From contig JBKJNB010000037.1 in NCBI GenBank assembly GCA_046595995.1, positions 21,403-85,402 on the forward strand: 64,000 nucleotides of DNA. Reading direction: 5' to 3'. Below are positions 47,836-56,726 of the stretch, piece after piece. The position numbers were made by a program, and so were the translations under genes. Source of the stretch: Candidatus Kapaibacteriota bacterium. Lineage in GTDB: Bacteria > Bacteroidota > Ignavibacteria > Kapaibacteriales > Kapaibacteriaceae. Below the pieces are notes generated by a model that did not search any database, was not told where the DNA came from, and worked only from the letters and a program-made list of their open reading frames with translations. How positions within the stretch are numbered: position 1 is the first letter of the stretch; the number at the start of each line of letters is the position of its first letter.

Positions 47836-48522
47836 TTAACGCTCACCGAATACTGCCGATCCGACACGAATAATAGTAGCGCCTTCTGCTATCGCCCATT
47901 CAAAATCCGACGACATTCCCATCGACAAATCGTTTGCATCGCTCGTTACCATCCCTTGCTCGACTGCGCGATCACGAATGCTGCGCAGCTTCGAGAAACA
48001 TGCTCGTACAACTCCTTCGTCTTCGCTCAAAGCGCCTATGGTCATAAAGCCCCTTACGCGAAGCGTGTCGAGCCCCTTCAACAACGACAGCAAACTGTAA
48101 ACCTCATCGGGATGTTGCCCATGTTTGGTTGCTTCACCTGAGGTGTTTACTTCGACGAAGATGTCGACGGCCCGGCCCTGACGCTGCAACTCTTTGTCAA
48201 GTGCCATTGCAAGCGATGAACTGTCGACAGATTCGATACACGTTGCAAACTGTAATGCGTCGCGCACTTTGTTTGACTGCAGATGTCCGATGAAATGCCA
48301 GGCAATGGTTAGGTCTCTCAACGCTTCGACCTTCGGAAGCGCTTCTTGCACCCGGTTTTCACCAAAGAGCGATGCGCCTTCTGCAACAGCCTCGCGCAGC
48401 ACCGTAGGGGGCTGCGACTTCGTTGCAAGGAGCAGGCGTACTGTACTCTCCGAACGTCCGGCTTTCGCACACGCATTGCGAATGCGTGCACGCACAGTCT
48501 CGAGATTCTCGCGCAAAGTCAT
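47836..48522 (-). CDS. yggS: PLP homeostasis protein (YggS/PLPBP)
   Basis: LLATKSQ, FGENRVQEA, WHFIGHLQSNKV and LSMGMSSDFEWAIAEGATIIRVGSAVFG. Confidence 0.95.
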   Translation of the reverse strand: MTLRENLETVRARIRNACAKAGRSESTVRLLLATKSQPPTVLREAVAEGASLFGENRVQEALPKVEALRDLTIAWHFIGHLQSNKVRDALQFATCIESVDSSSLAMALDKELQRQGRAVDIFVEVNTSGEATKHGQHPDEVYSLLSLLKGLDTLRVRGFMTIGALSEDEGVVRACFSKLRSIRDRAVEQGMVTSDANDLSMGMSSDFEWAIAEGATIIRVGSAVFGER

Positions 48523-48549
48523 GTACGAAGGTACCGAAGGTATGTGAAG

Positions 48550-51500
48550 TTATCGAACCACTCGCACGGGAAGGGACACGTGGTTTCTTCCTTGCGCGAT
48601 TATGAGCGTATAACTTCCACTCGCAACGCGAGTACAGTCGATGTCGATGGTTGTACGCGTGTGTTCAACGCGAGTGTCAACGAATCGATGCTGCAATCGG
48701 CCCGATTCGTCTATTAGCGTGAGGGACACAACGCCAGAGGTCCACGGCATAAATGCGACAGATGCACGTTCGCGAACCGGATTGGGTGTAATGGTTGCTG
48801 CGTTCGCGAACGCTTCAGGATCTTCTTGCACAAACGTCAACGTACCTGTTATGAAAGACGTGCGGGCTGAATAGACACCCGCGGCATCGTTATCGCGCGA
48901 CCGCGCTCGCCAGTAATAACGCTTGTTGCTCTCGAGTTCGGAAACACTAACTGTTGTGTCTGTGATGTTTGTGCGTGCTGCTACAGTGACGTTAAATGTG
49001 AGGCTTGTAGACATCTGTATGTCATAGGAAATTGCACCCGTAACACGCGACCACACAAGGCGAACCGGATTGCCGGGCACGGCAGTCTCTCCGAGTTTCG
49101 GAGAGACCAAGACAGGAGGCACGATTGCGGTCGAGAACATCCGGGTTTCTGATGGCGTGCTACGTCCGCCAGCGCCGTAAGCTATCACACGCCAATAATA
49201 TGTTGTTGGGCCCTGCACGAGACCTGTGATTCTCTTGGATGTCTCCTTGAGGCCTGCGTATGAACCGTAATTGGTTTGGAAGTCAGCCGACTGCGCAAGC
49301 TCTACGGTGTAGAGGAGGCCATCGGAGGACGGATTCCAAGTGAGCGTTGTGTCAGTCAGTACGCCGCGTGTGTCGTCCGGCGGTGATACCAGCGTAGCTG
49401 GAGATGTGGCCGGTGGGAGTGACGTAATTCTTCCACTGAACACACCATTGCCATGTGAACCTACGACGATGAGTTTGTCAGATGCACGTGTCAGTACCAT
49501 GTCGCACGGAACGTTTCCAATGACATTCGATGCAGTGCGACTCCAGATCGTAGAGCCTCCGTTGAGTTGCGTCGTATAGAACATGCCGATGGACGTAGCC
49601 GCGACATACACATTCGTTGTTGGGTTGTACGGATAAATGCTCACGCTATTCACAGCCGGACCGTTGCCAGCACCTGTTGGTGAGTCTTCGAGGTTACCAG
49701 CTACGGGCTCCCATGACGTACCAGCGTCAGAGGACGCGAAGATGCTAACGACACCATAGTTGCTAAAACAGACCATCAGATGGTCGGTGTCGTTCGGGTC
49801 CTCAACAATGCTGTTCAGCATAGCATTCTTGGGCATTGATGCATGCGTAATCTCAACCGGCGCGGGCTGCCCGACATTTGCGCCAGTGAGTTTGAAGAGA
49901 CGTCCGTTCGTCGTGCCATAATACACGATGCGCTGCGGAGACGCCGAAGACAACACAAACGAAATCTGACCTGTGGTGCGGGTTGTCGGGAGACTATCCC
50001 AATTCACGGTAGTCGAATCATCGCTGCCAAGTGGGATCCCCGTCAGATCGTTGTTGCGCCACAGCATAGTACCGGCAGGTAGGTACATGATGCGCTCGTC
50101 GCGTTTGTCGAGCGTAAGCGGGTTAATAAACAAGTAGTTTTTCGCACCGATTGGATCAATGCGCGTGCGGCCCGTTTCGTTACCTGCTGCATCGAGTAGT
50201 ACGCGACGAATCCGTGCACTCTGTGTAGAGACGATTAGTGTACGCCCGGTATCGGCAAAGGCACAGAATGACCCATCGCCACCGTTGCGTCGTACCCATG
50301 GGTCTTGCAGTTGGGTGGTGCGGGTGGCCCACGTGCCGTTGTCTTGCATTCCGCACATTATTTGCGGATTGTTTGCCTTGTCAATAATGGCAACCGTGTA
50401 GAATTGCGTGGTTAGGTACCCACGATTTAGTTCACGCCATCGAACGGTGTCAGCGAGGGCAGTATCTGCACGCATCACACCACCGTCATTTGCACTCAGG
50501 ATTACTGACGCCGTCGATGGCAGAAAGAGTGCATCGTGTTGATCGGGGTGGTGGTTGGTTGTCGACGGGAATAGCTCGTTTGGCTTTGGTGTGCCGTAGC
50601 CCCCTATCCATGACGTATTGTTCTTCGATGTAAATCCGTCGCGGCTTCGATACAGATTCGTGCCACCAAGCAGCACGTAGTTCGAATCCTCGGGTGATAC
50701 ACGCACAAACATGTCATAACCACCCTGCGAGAAGAAGTCGCCATTACGTCCACCAAACAGTGGAATGTTCGCGCTGCGATTCTGCCAAGTACCCTTTGAA
50801 CGTTTCCAAAGCGAATGCCATTCTTCACGTGTACCATCACGCAGGATGAACAGAGACTTCGTTCCCTTGCCTGGCGTTTCCGCAATGGCAAACATCTGCG
50901 TAGGATCCTGTGCAAATAGGCCGAGCACAATGCGATTAATTGGTGTTGTTACGTCAGATGGTGTGATGTTCGACCACGTCTCGCCTTGATCTGTGCTCAT
51001 GAATACGCCATAACGGTTTGCAACGCCACCCGTCGTGCCGTCAAAAGAGCTAAGCGTTGCATAGAGTATGCTGTCGCCTGCCACGACTAGGTCACTGAAA
51101 TAACTGCTGCTTTGTAGAGAACGTGTCCACGTAACACCGCCATCAACAGAGCGAAGTATGCCGCGCTGAACCGATGCCACGAGAATCACCGTTCGCGATG
51201 CTGTAGGGTGTACGACGATGCGCCACGAGTATGCAAAGTCGTTGTTGGCTTGTATTGCCGGACTCACCGTTGATGGAAGCGGCTCCCATGTTCGAGCACC
51301 ATCCACGGACTTCCATATGCCGTTGCCGCTGATCTGCGCAGAATTACCATACGCTTCGCCGGTGCCCATGTACCACTCATTCTTGTGACCTTCGCGTCGA
51401 TCTTGAACGATACACGTCACACTGTGTAGTTGATCGGGACGCGTCGTTTTTGTCCAAGACTGTCCAGCGTCTTCGGATCTCCAAACTCCACCACTAACAC

Positions 51501-51831
51501 CACCTGCTACCATTATGCGTTCATCGGCACTATCGAAAACAAGGGCACGCGTGCGACCACCGATATTCCACGGACCTCGGCGTTCCCACGTTTCGGCCTG
51601 TACCTCTTCGGCGTTTTTCTCGGAGTTGTTCTGTGCAGCCTCTAGAGAACGCGAGAATTCGTGTTCGCGCTGACGGATGTTATCTGGGATACGTCCGGTA
51701 GCCGGATCGCGATACTTCAACAGTTCGTACTCTCGACGACCCTGCAATGCCGTTGCAGCATCGCCTCCGTTGTGCGTGGCGCACGAACACATCACGATGA
51801 TGCATGAGAAGAGTATGGTGATTTGTTTCAT
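48550..51831 (-). CDS. T9SS-secreted BNR/Asp-box (VPS10/sialidase-like) beta-propeller protein with FN3-like repeats
   Basis: RGPWNIGGRTRAL, Asp-boxes SEDAGQSW, SVDGARTW, SVDGGVTW, STDQGETW and SSDAGTSW, HPDQH, GMQDNGT, FN3-like LVSP...LTW, CTD ITPNPV...SGSYTL. Confidence 0.82.
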   Translation of the reverse strand: MKQITILFSCIIVMCSCATHNGGDAATALQGRREYELLKYRDPATGRIPDNIRQREHEFSRSLEAAQNNSEKNAEEVQAETWERRGPWNIGGRTRALVFDSADERIMVAGGVSGGVWRSEDAGQSWTKTTRPDQLHSVTCIVQDRREGHKNEWYMGTGEAYGNSAQISGNGIWKSVDGARTWEPLPSTVSPAIQANNDFAYSWRIVVHPTASRTVILVASVQRGILRSVDGGVTWTRSLQSSSYFSDLVVAGDSILYATLSSFDGTTGGVANRYGVFMSTDQGETWSNITPSDVTTPINRIVLGLFAQDPTQMFAIAETPGKGTKSLFILRDGTREEWHSLWKRSKGTWQNRSANIPLFGGRNGDFFSQGGYDMFVRVSPEDSNYVLLGGTNLYRSRDGFTSKNNTSWIGGYGTPKPNELFPSTTNHHPDQHDALFLPSTASVILSANDGGVMRADTALADTVRWRELNRGYLTTQFYTVAIIDKANNPQIMCGMQDNGTWATRTTQLQDPWVRRNGGDGSFCAFADTGRTLIVSTQSARIRRVLLDAAGNETGRTRIDPIGAKNYLFINPLTLDKRDERIMYLPAGTMLWRNNDLTGIPLGSDDSTTVNWDSLPTTRTTGQISFVLSSASPQRIVYYGTTNGRLFKLTGANVGQPAPVEITHASMPKNAMLNSIVEDPNDTDHLMVCFSNYGVVSIFASSDAGTSWEPVAGNLEDSPTGAGNGPAVNSVSIYPYNPTTNVYVAATSIGMFYTTQLNGGSTIWSRTASNVIGNVPCDMVLTRASDKLIVVGSHGNGVFSGRITSLPPATSPATLVSPPDDTRGVLTDTTLTWNPSSDGLLYTVELAQSADFQTNYGSYAGLKETSKRITGLVQGPTTYYWRVIAYGAGGRSTPSETRMFSTAIVPPVLVSPKLGETAVPGNPVRLVWSRVTGAISYDIQMSTSLTFNVTVAARTNITDTTVSVSELESNKRYYWRARSRDNDAAGVYSARTSFITGTLTFVQEDPEAFANAATITPNPVRERASVAFMPWTSGVVSLTLIDESGRLQHRFVDTRVEHTRTTIDIDCTRVASGSYTLIIAQGRNHVSLPVRVVR

Positions 51832-53288
51832 CGTTTGATCAAGCCTCGTAGAGTCATCAAGGTCGACATTCCAATAGATCGCGTGGCAAGAAGCAGCGCA
51901 CAGAACACAGGGATTGCAAGAATACGCGCGGCAATCTGAATGCCGTCCTCATTTGGCAGGGCAAGCACCCCGACGTACACGGCGGCGACGCACAGCATGA
52001 TGGTTGCGATGCGCCTCCAATCATACTTCATTGGGAACACCTTAGGTAACAACAAGAGCAGCACAATTACGCTGGCTAGATACGCAGCGACCTTGGCCCA
52101 CGCGGCGCCACTCATACCCAGCTCGGGTACAAGTGCAAACGTTGCAGCAACATTCACAATCGCAGCAATGCCCGTTGCAATCGGAAGTCGAAGCGTACTC
52201 TTCGTGATGTTGAAACCGGCTGCGAGGTTAATGGCAATGCCATTAAAGAAATAAGCCACGAGCACGATAGGCACAATCACAAGTCCGTACCAGTATTCCG
52301 GATTGATGAAGCGCCCGCCTATGAACGGCGCTTGAACGATGTAGGGCATGAACAGCGACGTAAGCAGGAAGACGAAACCGCAGGCGACTGTAAATAAAGT
52401 CAGTACTCTAGCGAATGTCTGCTTTGCGTCGGGATCGTCGCGGTGCTGTAGGTAGAACGGACGCCATGCGTATTCAAACACCTGCACGAACAGCATCATT
52501 GGAATTGCTAGGCGGAAGTTCGTCTGATACACACCCACCACCGCCTGTGTAGTGAGCATCAGCATAATCGGACGGTCCGCTACTGCCACCATGATAGAGC
52601 TGAAGCTACTCGGTACCGTAGGCAGACCAAATCGCAACATCTCTTTGAACAGCGCCTTGTCGAACACCCGAGTAAGCAAGCGCATAATATCGGGTATGAA
52701 TGCAAGGACGGTTACGCCGCTCGAAATGACCCCTGCCCAAATGACCCCTTCCATACCCATGCGTAGTTGCAGGACAAAAAAGATGTTCAGTCCTACGTTT
52801 ACTACAATCGTGAGCAACCGAAGCAAGGCAAAGCGTTTTGCATGACGATGCATGCGCAGGTTAGCAAACGGAATAAGCACAAACGCATCGAACAGTGGGA
52901 TTGCCGCAGCAATTGCTATCAATCGTGCCTGGTTAGCATCGAACCTGAGGAACTGATTTGTTGCTATTGATTCAGCAAATAGAACCGTCAGCCCAGACAT
53001 GATTAGGCCTAGACCTGCCACGCTTACGTATGCTACAGTGAATACGCGCTTGGTGCGCTCCAAATTCGTTTTGTCCCAGAAGCGCATAAAAGCAGCTTCC
53101 ATACCCATCGAGTACGCGATGTTGACTAAGGCAATCATCGCATAGAGACCAGCAATCGCGCCTATTTCCGACTTCGACATGTAGTTCGTATACAACGGCA
53201 CCAACATAAACGTCATAAACCGTCCCATGACGGTCGAGACGCCGTAGACTAGAGTGTCCGAGGCAAGAGAACGAATTTTTGACTGCAT
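51828..53288 (-). CDS. Polysaccharide flippase (Wzx/RfbX-like, MOP superfamily)
   Basis: LASDTLVYG, MGMEAAFMRF, FGLPTVP, FEYAWRP and LGMSGAAWA, with about 12-14 TM segments. Confidence 0.85.
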   Translation of the reverse strand: MQSKIRSLASDTLVYGVSTVMGRFMTFMLVPLYTNYMSKSEIGAIAGLYAMIALVNIAYSMGMEAAFMRFWDKTNLERTKRVFTVAYVSVAGLGLIMSGLTVLFAESIATNQFLRFDANQARLIAIAAAIPLFDAFVLIPFANLRMHRHAKRFALLRLLTIVVNVGLNIFFVLQLRMGMEGVIWAGVISSGVTVLAFIPDIMRLLTRVFDKALFKEMLRFGLPTVPSSFSSIMVAVADRPIMLMLTTQAVVGVYQTNFRLAIPMMLFVQVFEYAWRPFYLQHRDDPDAKQTFARVLTLFTVACGFVFLLTSLFMPYIVQAPFIGGRFINPEYWYGLVIVPIVLVAYFFNGIAINLAAGFNITKSTLRLPIATGIAAIVNVAATFALVPELGMSGAAWAKVAAYLASVIVLLLLLPKVFPMKYDWRRIATIMLCVAAVYVGVLALPNEDGIQIAARILAIPVFCALLLATRSIGMSTLMTLRGLIKR

Positions 53289-53316
53289 TTGAGTGAGCTA
53301 CCCCTTGGTGGCGTTG

Positions 53317-53341
53317 TATTTTAGCCACACCCGCAAAACTA
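53317..53341. promoter_or_regulatory. Face-to-face -7 elements: TATTTTAG (+, 53317-24) and TAGTTTTG (-, 53341-34)
   Basis: The - strand element is an exact TAnnTTTG match and the + strand element has one mismatch. Both lie in the 57-bp divergent gap. Confidence 0.5.
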
Positions 53342-53345
53342 CTAA

Positions 53346-55181
53346 GTGAAGAGCCCAATGACCCACGTGAAGCACCTTCTCGTATTGCTGATCGCAGCCC
53401 CCTACCTGTTGCACGCCCAGTTGGCCACTACGCCAGAAGCACTGCGCCTTATGGAGCATGTTAAGGTGCTGACGTCGGATGAGCACAGCGGACGCGGTCC
53501 GGGCACGGATGGCATAACTCGCGCTGCCTCGTACATCGAAGACCAGTGGAGACTTGTTGGTCTGCAGCCTGCAGCCAATGGCGTGTTCCAGCAGACGTTT
53601 CCGATGACAATTGGCGCAAAGTTGGGTGTAAACAACTCGGTAGTCTTCGACGTAATTGTGGAGCGTCCGGGCATTCCCCTAGACCAAACAAAACCAACAA
53701 AAATCAGCTGGAAACTCGGTGTCGATTGGCAGCCGTATGCATTCAGTGAATCGAAGACAGTTACAGGCGGCGTTGTGTTTGTCGGCTACGGCTTATCAGC
53801 GCCATCTGCCAAGTACGACGACTATGAAGGCGTGGACGTAAGTGGCAAAGTTGTAATCGTGCTACGAGGTCTTCCGAAGTGGGCAGAAAAGAATGATGCA
53901 CTGAAGGGGCTAGCGTCACTGCGCACGAAGACGACGACTGCTCGTGACAAAGGGGCTGTTGCCATCTGTTTTGTGAATGAGCGTGGTGACTCAGCCGACG
54001 TGCTATCGCCATTCGGTCTAGATCGCTTGGGTAAGAACTCTGGCATCGTGGCACTGCAAGTTCGTCGCACACCATGCGCCCGCATCTTCCCGCCGAAGGG
54101 CACCTCGATGTTTGTTGCAGAAACCGCAATAGAAACAAAGCGCAAACCCAATTCTTTTGCGCTAATGAACACAACGGCAACTGTTTCCGTCGAGACCGAA
54201 CTCGTAGAAGGCTCTTCGACAAATGTCGCGGGGGTTATTCGTGGCTCGGACCCTACGCTTGCTTCGCAATACATTGTTGTAGGTGCGCACTATGACCACC
54301 TGGGTATGGGCGACGAAAACTCTCTGCATTCGAAACGCGATCCGATTATCCATCCGGGTGCCGATGACAATGCGTCGGGCACAGCAGGCCTTATCGAATT
54401 GGCGCGCCGGCTTCTGGCCAATCCACCTCGACGGAGTGTTCTATTCCTAGCGTTTAGCGGCGAAGAGAAGGGGCTCATTGGTTCGAAGTATTGGACAACG
54501 ACGCCTACCATTCCGCTAAGTGATGTTGCAGCAATGATAAACATGGATATGATTGGTCGACTGAGGGACAACAAGCTGAACATTCAAGGCACAGGTACAT
54601 CTGCTATTTGGCCGGCGTTAATCGACCGCACGAAAACCGACCTTCCGCTTGTAGTGAGTTCCACGGCAGATGGTTTTGGGCCTAGCGACCATTCGTCGTT
54701 CACGGCGAAAAGTGTTCCTGTGTTGTTTTTCTTCACGGGTCTACATAGCGACTATCACCGCCCGTCGGATACATGGGACAAACTCAATTACGACGGCGAA
54801 TCAACCGTGCTTACATACATCGAGCGTGTAGTTCGTGACGTTGCCGATTCAACATTGCGTCCAGCGTTCGCGTCTTCGCACGGTCCAAGCACCAACGAGA
54901 AGTCTATGAGCACGGGTTTCAGCGTAACGTTTGGCGTAATCCCTGACTATGGTGACGACCCTCAGGGTCTGCGTATTACCGGCGTTAAGTCCGGGGGTCC
55001 TGCAGAGCGCGCCGGCCTCAAAGGTGAAGACGTCATTACGAAGTTCGGTGCGACAACAGTCAAAAACATCTACGACCTTACAGCCGCGCTTTCTGAACGC
55101 AGGCCTGGCGACGTCGTAGACGTAATCGTACTTCGCGGCGGCAAATCGACAACATTTCAAGTCACGCTAACAGGCAAGTAG
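53346..55181 (+). CDS. Exported M28 metallopeptidase with PA and PDZ domains
   Basis: Signal peptide, GAHYDHLG, GADDNASG, SGEEKGLIGS, NMDMIG, SDH and YHRPSD. PA insert; PDZ FGVIPD...GGPAERAGL. Confidence 0.92.
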   Translation: MKSPMTHVKHLLVLLIAAPYLLHAQLATTPEALRLMEHVKVLTSDEHSGRGPGTDGITRAASYIEDQWRLVGLQPAANGVFQQTFPMTIGAKLGVNNSVVFDVIVERPGIPLDQTKPTKISWKLGVDWQPYAFSESKTVTGGVVFVGYGLSAPSAKYDDYEGVDVSGKVVIVLRGLPKWAEKNDALKGLASLRTKTTTARDKGAVAICFVNERGDSADVLSPFGLDRLGKNSGIVALQVRRTPCARIFPPKGTSMFVAETAIETKRKPNSFALMNTTATVSVETELVEGSSTNVAGVIRGSDPTLASQYIVVGAHYDHLGMGDENSLHSKRDPIIHPGADDNASGTAGLIELARRLLANPPRRSVLFLAFSGEEKGLIGSKYWTTTPTIPLSDVAAMINMDMIGRLRDNKLNIQGTGTSAIWPALIDRTKTDLPLVVSSTADGFGPSDHSSFTAKSVPVLFFFTGLHSDYHRPSDTWDKLNYDGESTVLTYIERVVRDVADSTLRPAFASSHGPSTNEKSMSTGFSVTFGVIPDYGDDPQGLRITGVKSGGPAERAGLKGEDVITKFGATTVKNIYDLTAALSERRPGDVVDVIVLRGGKSTTFQVTLTGK

Positions 55182-55221
55182 TCTTGAGCCTGCGCGTTCT
55201 CGAGTTACGCGAGCACCCGAG

Positions 55222-56559
55222 TTACTGATTTGCGAAGCACCATGACATAACGGCCATGGCGTAGACGCAGTCGTTCATCTCACGAGCGTCGAGTTTATCG
55301 GGCGTATCAGCTTCTGTGTGGTGATACCAGAAATATTTAGAGTCATCGACCTTTAGTCCCATGACTGGAACTCCGCGCGCTTCGAGTGGAGAGATGTCCG
55401 CGCCCCCTTCACCATCTTCGATTTGTGTGGCATGAACGGGTGCGAGCAAGGTCGCTATGTCTTCGATCTGAGAGCGTGTTGCACCCTTAGCGTTTGTGCT
55501 GAAGCCTTGCGGGCTAAACGTGCCCATGTCACTTTCAATAGCGAGCACATGCGTGTCGTTAAGTGTGAGGTCGGAGTATGCTTTTCCGCCACGTATGCCG
55601 TTCTCTTCATTCGTCCAGAACACCACCCGTATGGTGCGTTTCGGACGCATTCCGAGATCGCGCATGTGGGCGAGCGCACGCCACGCAACGAAGCAACCAC
55701 CAGCATCGTCCATTGCACCGGCACCTAGATCCCACGAGTCGATATGACCGCCCATTACGACTACTTCGTTGGGTTTTTCTGTACCCTTGAGTTCAAGCAC
55801 GATGTTGCGCGACGAGGCATCTTTCTCCCACTTGCATGACATGTTTAGGTTGAGCTCGATGTTCTCACCACGATCTTGCATACGCTGCAGCAGCATGGCA
55901 TCCTCCATCGTGATGGCTGCGGTGGGAATTTTCTGCAAAGAGTCGTTGTAGCCCATGGCGCCTGTGTGAAGGGTTTGTAGGCCGAACGGACCTACACTGC
56001 GAACCAGCGTGCCAACGGCACCGTATCGCGCTGCTTCTGATGCGCCACCAAAACGATATGGGACAGTTTTACCATACGTCGTGAATTCTACATTGTAAAC
56101 AATGATACGACCAGCGGCTTCGGCTTTTCGCTGACGCAGTTCGTCGTAGGATTTTACGACCAGTACCTTTGCCTTGAGAGTACCGTTAGTGGCCTGGCTG
56201 CCTCCGAGCGCCGCAACCAGCAATGAACGATGCATAGGCGATGTCATCACAAGCGATGCTTCGTTGCGTTTCCAGTTGGGAACCGTCACAGGTTGGGTGT
56301 AGACATCCCACCCGTCGGACTTCATACGTGCCACGAGCCAATCCAAACCGCGTTCAAGGTTGTCCGAACCGCTCAGGCGCCTGGGATAATGATCGCAGAA
56401 ATCCTCAAGCACAGGCAGCAAGGCTCTATCTGTTCGCGTGCGTTCCAATAGTCGAGCAGCATCGGCTCTGAATCGTGTTGAGAGTTCACCCGCCGTACCG
56501 GCAGTTGTTGATGCAGTTATCACAGTCGCGGCTGCAACTAGAACGAGAACGTAACGCAT
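55222..56559 (-). CDS. Exported M28 peptidase, carboxypeptidase Q (PGCP)-like
   Basis: RLSGSDNL, GHIDSWD, AMDDAGG, NEENG, ESDMG and YHHTEADT. Confidence 0.9.
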   Translation of the reverse strand: MRYVLVLVAAATVITASTTAGTAGELSTRFRADAARLLERTRTDRALLPVLEDFCDHYPRRLSGSDNLERGLDWLVARMKSDGWDVYTQPVTVPNWKRNEASLVMTSPMHRSLLVAALGGSQATNGTLKAKVLVVKSYDELRQRKAEAAGRIIVYNVEFTTYGKTVPYRFGGASEAARYGAVGTLVRSVGPFGLQTLHTGAMGYNDSLQKIPTAAITMEDAMLLQRMQDRGENIELNLNMSCKWEKDASSRNIVLELKGTEKPNEVVVMGGHIDSWDLGAGAMDDAGGCFVAWRALAHMRDLGMRPKRTIRVVFWTNEENGIRGGKAYSDLTLNDTHVLAIESDMGTFSPQGFSTNAKGATRSQIEDIATLLAPVHATQIEDGEGGADISPLEARGVPVMGLKVDDSKYFWYHHTEADTPDKLDAREMNDCVYAMAVMSWCFANQ

Positions 56560-56591
56560 AAAACCCCTCTTTAGACAATTGCTAACGTAGA

Positions 56592-56646
56592 CAGACCCTT
56601 CCCAGACCCTTCCCAGACCCTTCCCAGACCATTCACAGACCCCTCA
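56592..56646. repeat. Five tandem 11-bp units (CAGACCCTTCC x3, CAGACCATTCA, CAGACCCCTCA); the - strand carries six GGG tracts
   Basis: Read directly. The - strand reads GGGAAGGGTCTGGGAAGGGTCTGGGAAGGG across 56625-56596. Confidence 0.93.
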
Positions 56647-56726
56647 CAAGAACTGTGCTAAGTGCCGCAATTTAAGTCCACCGTTTGGGCTTTCGTATTT
56701 TTGTGACTCTCTTACGGAGCCGACCA

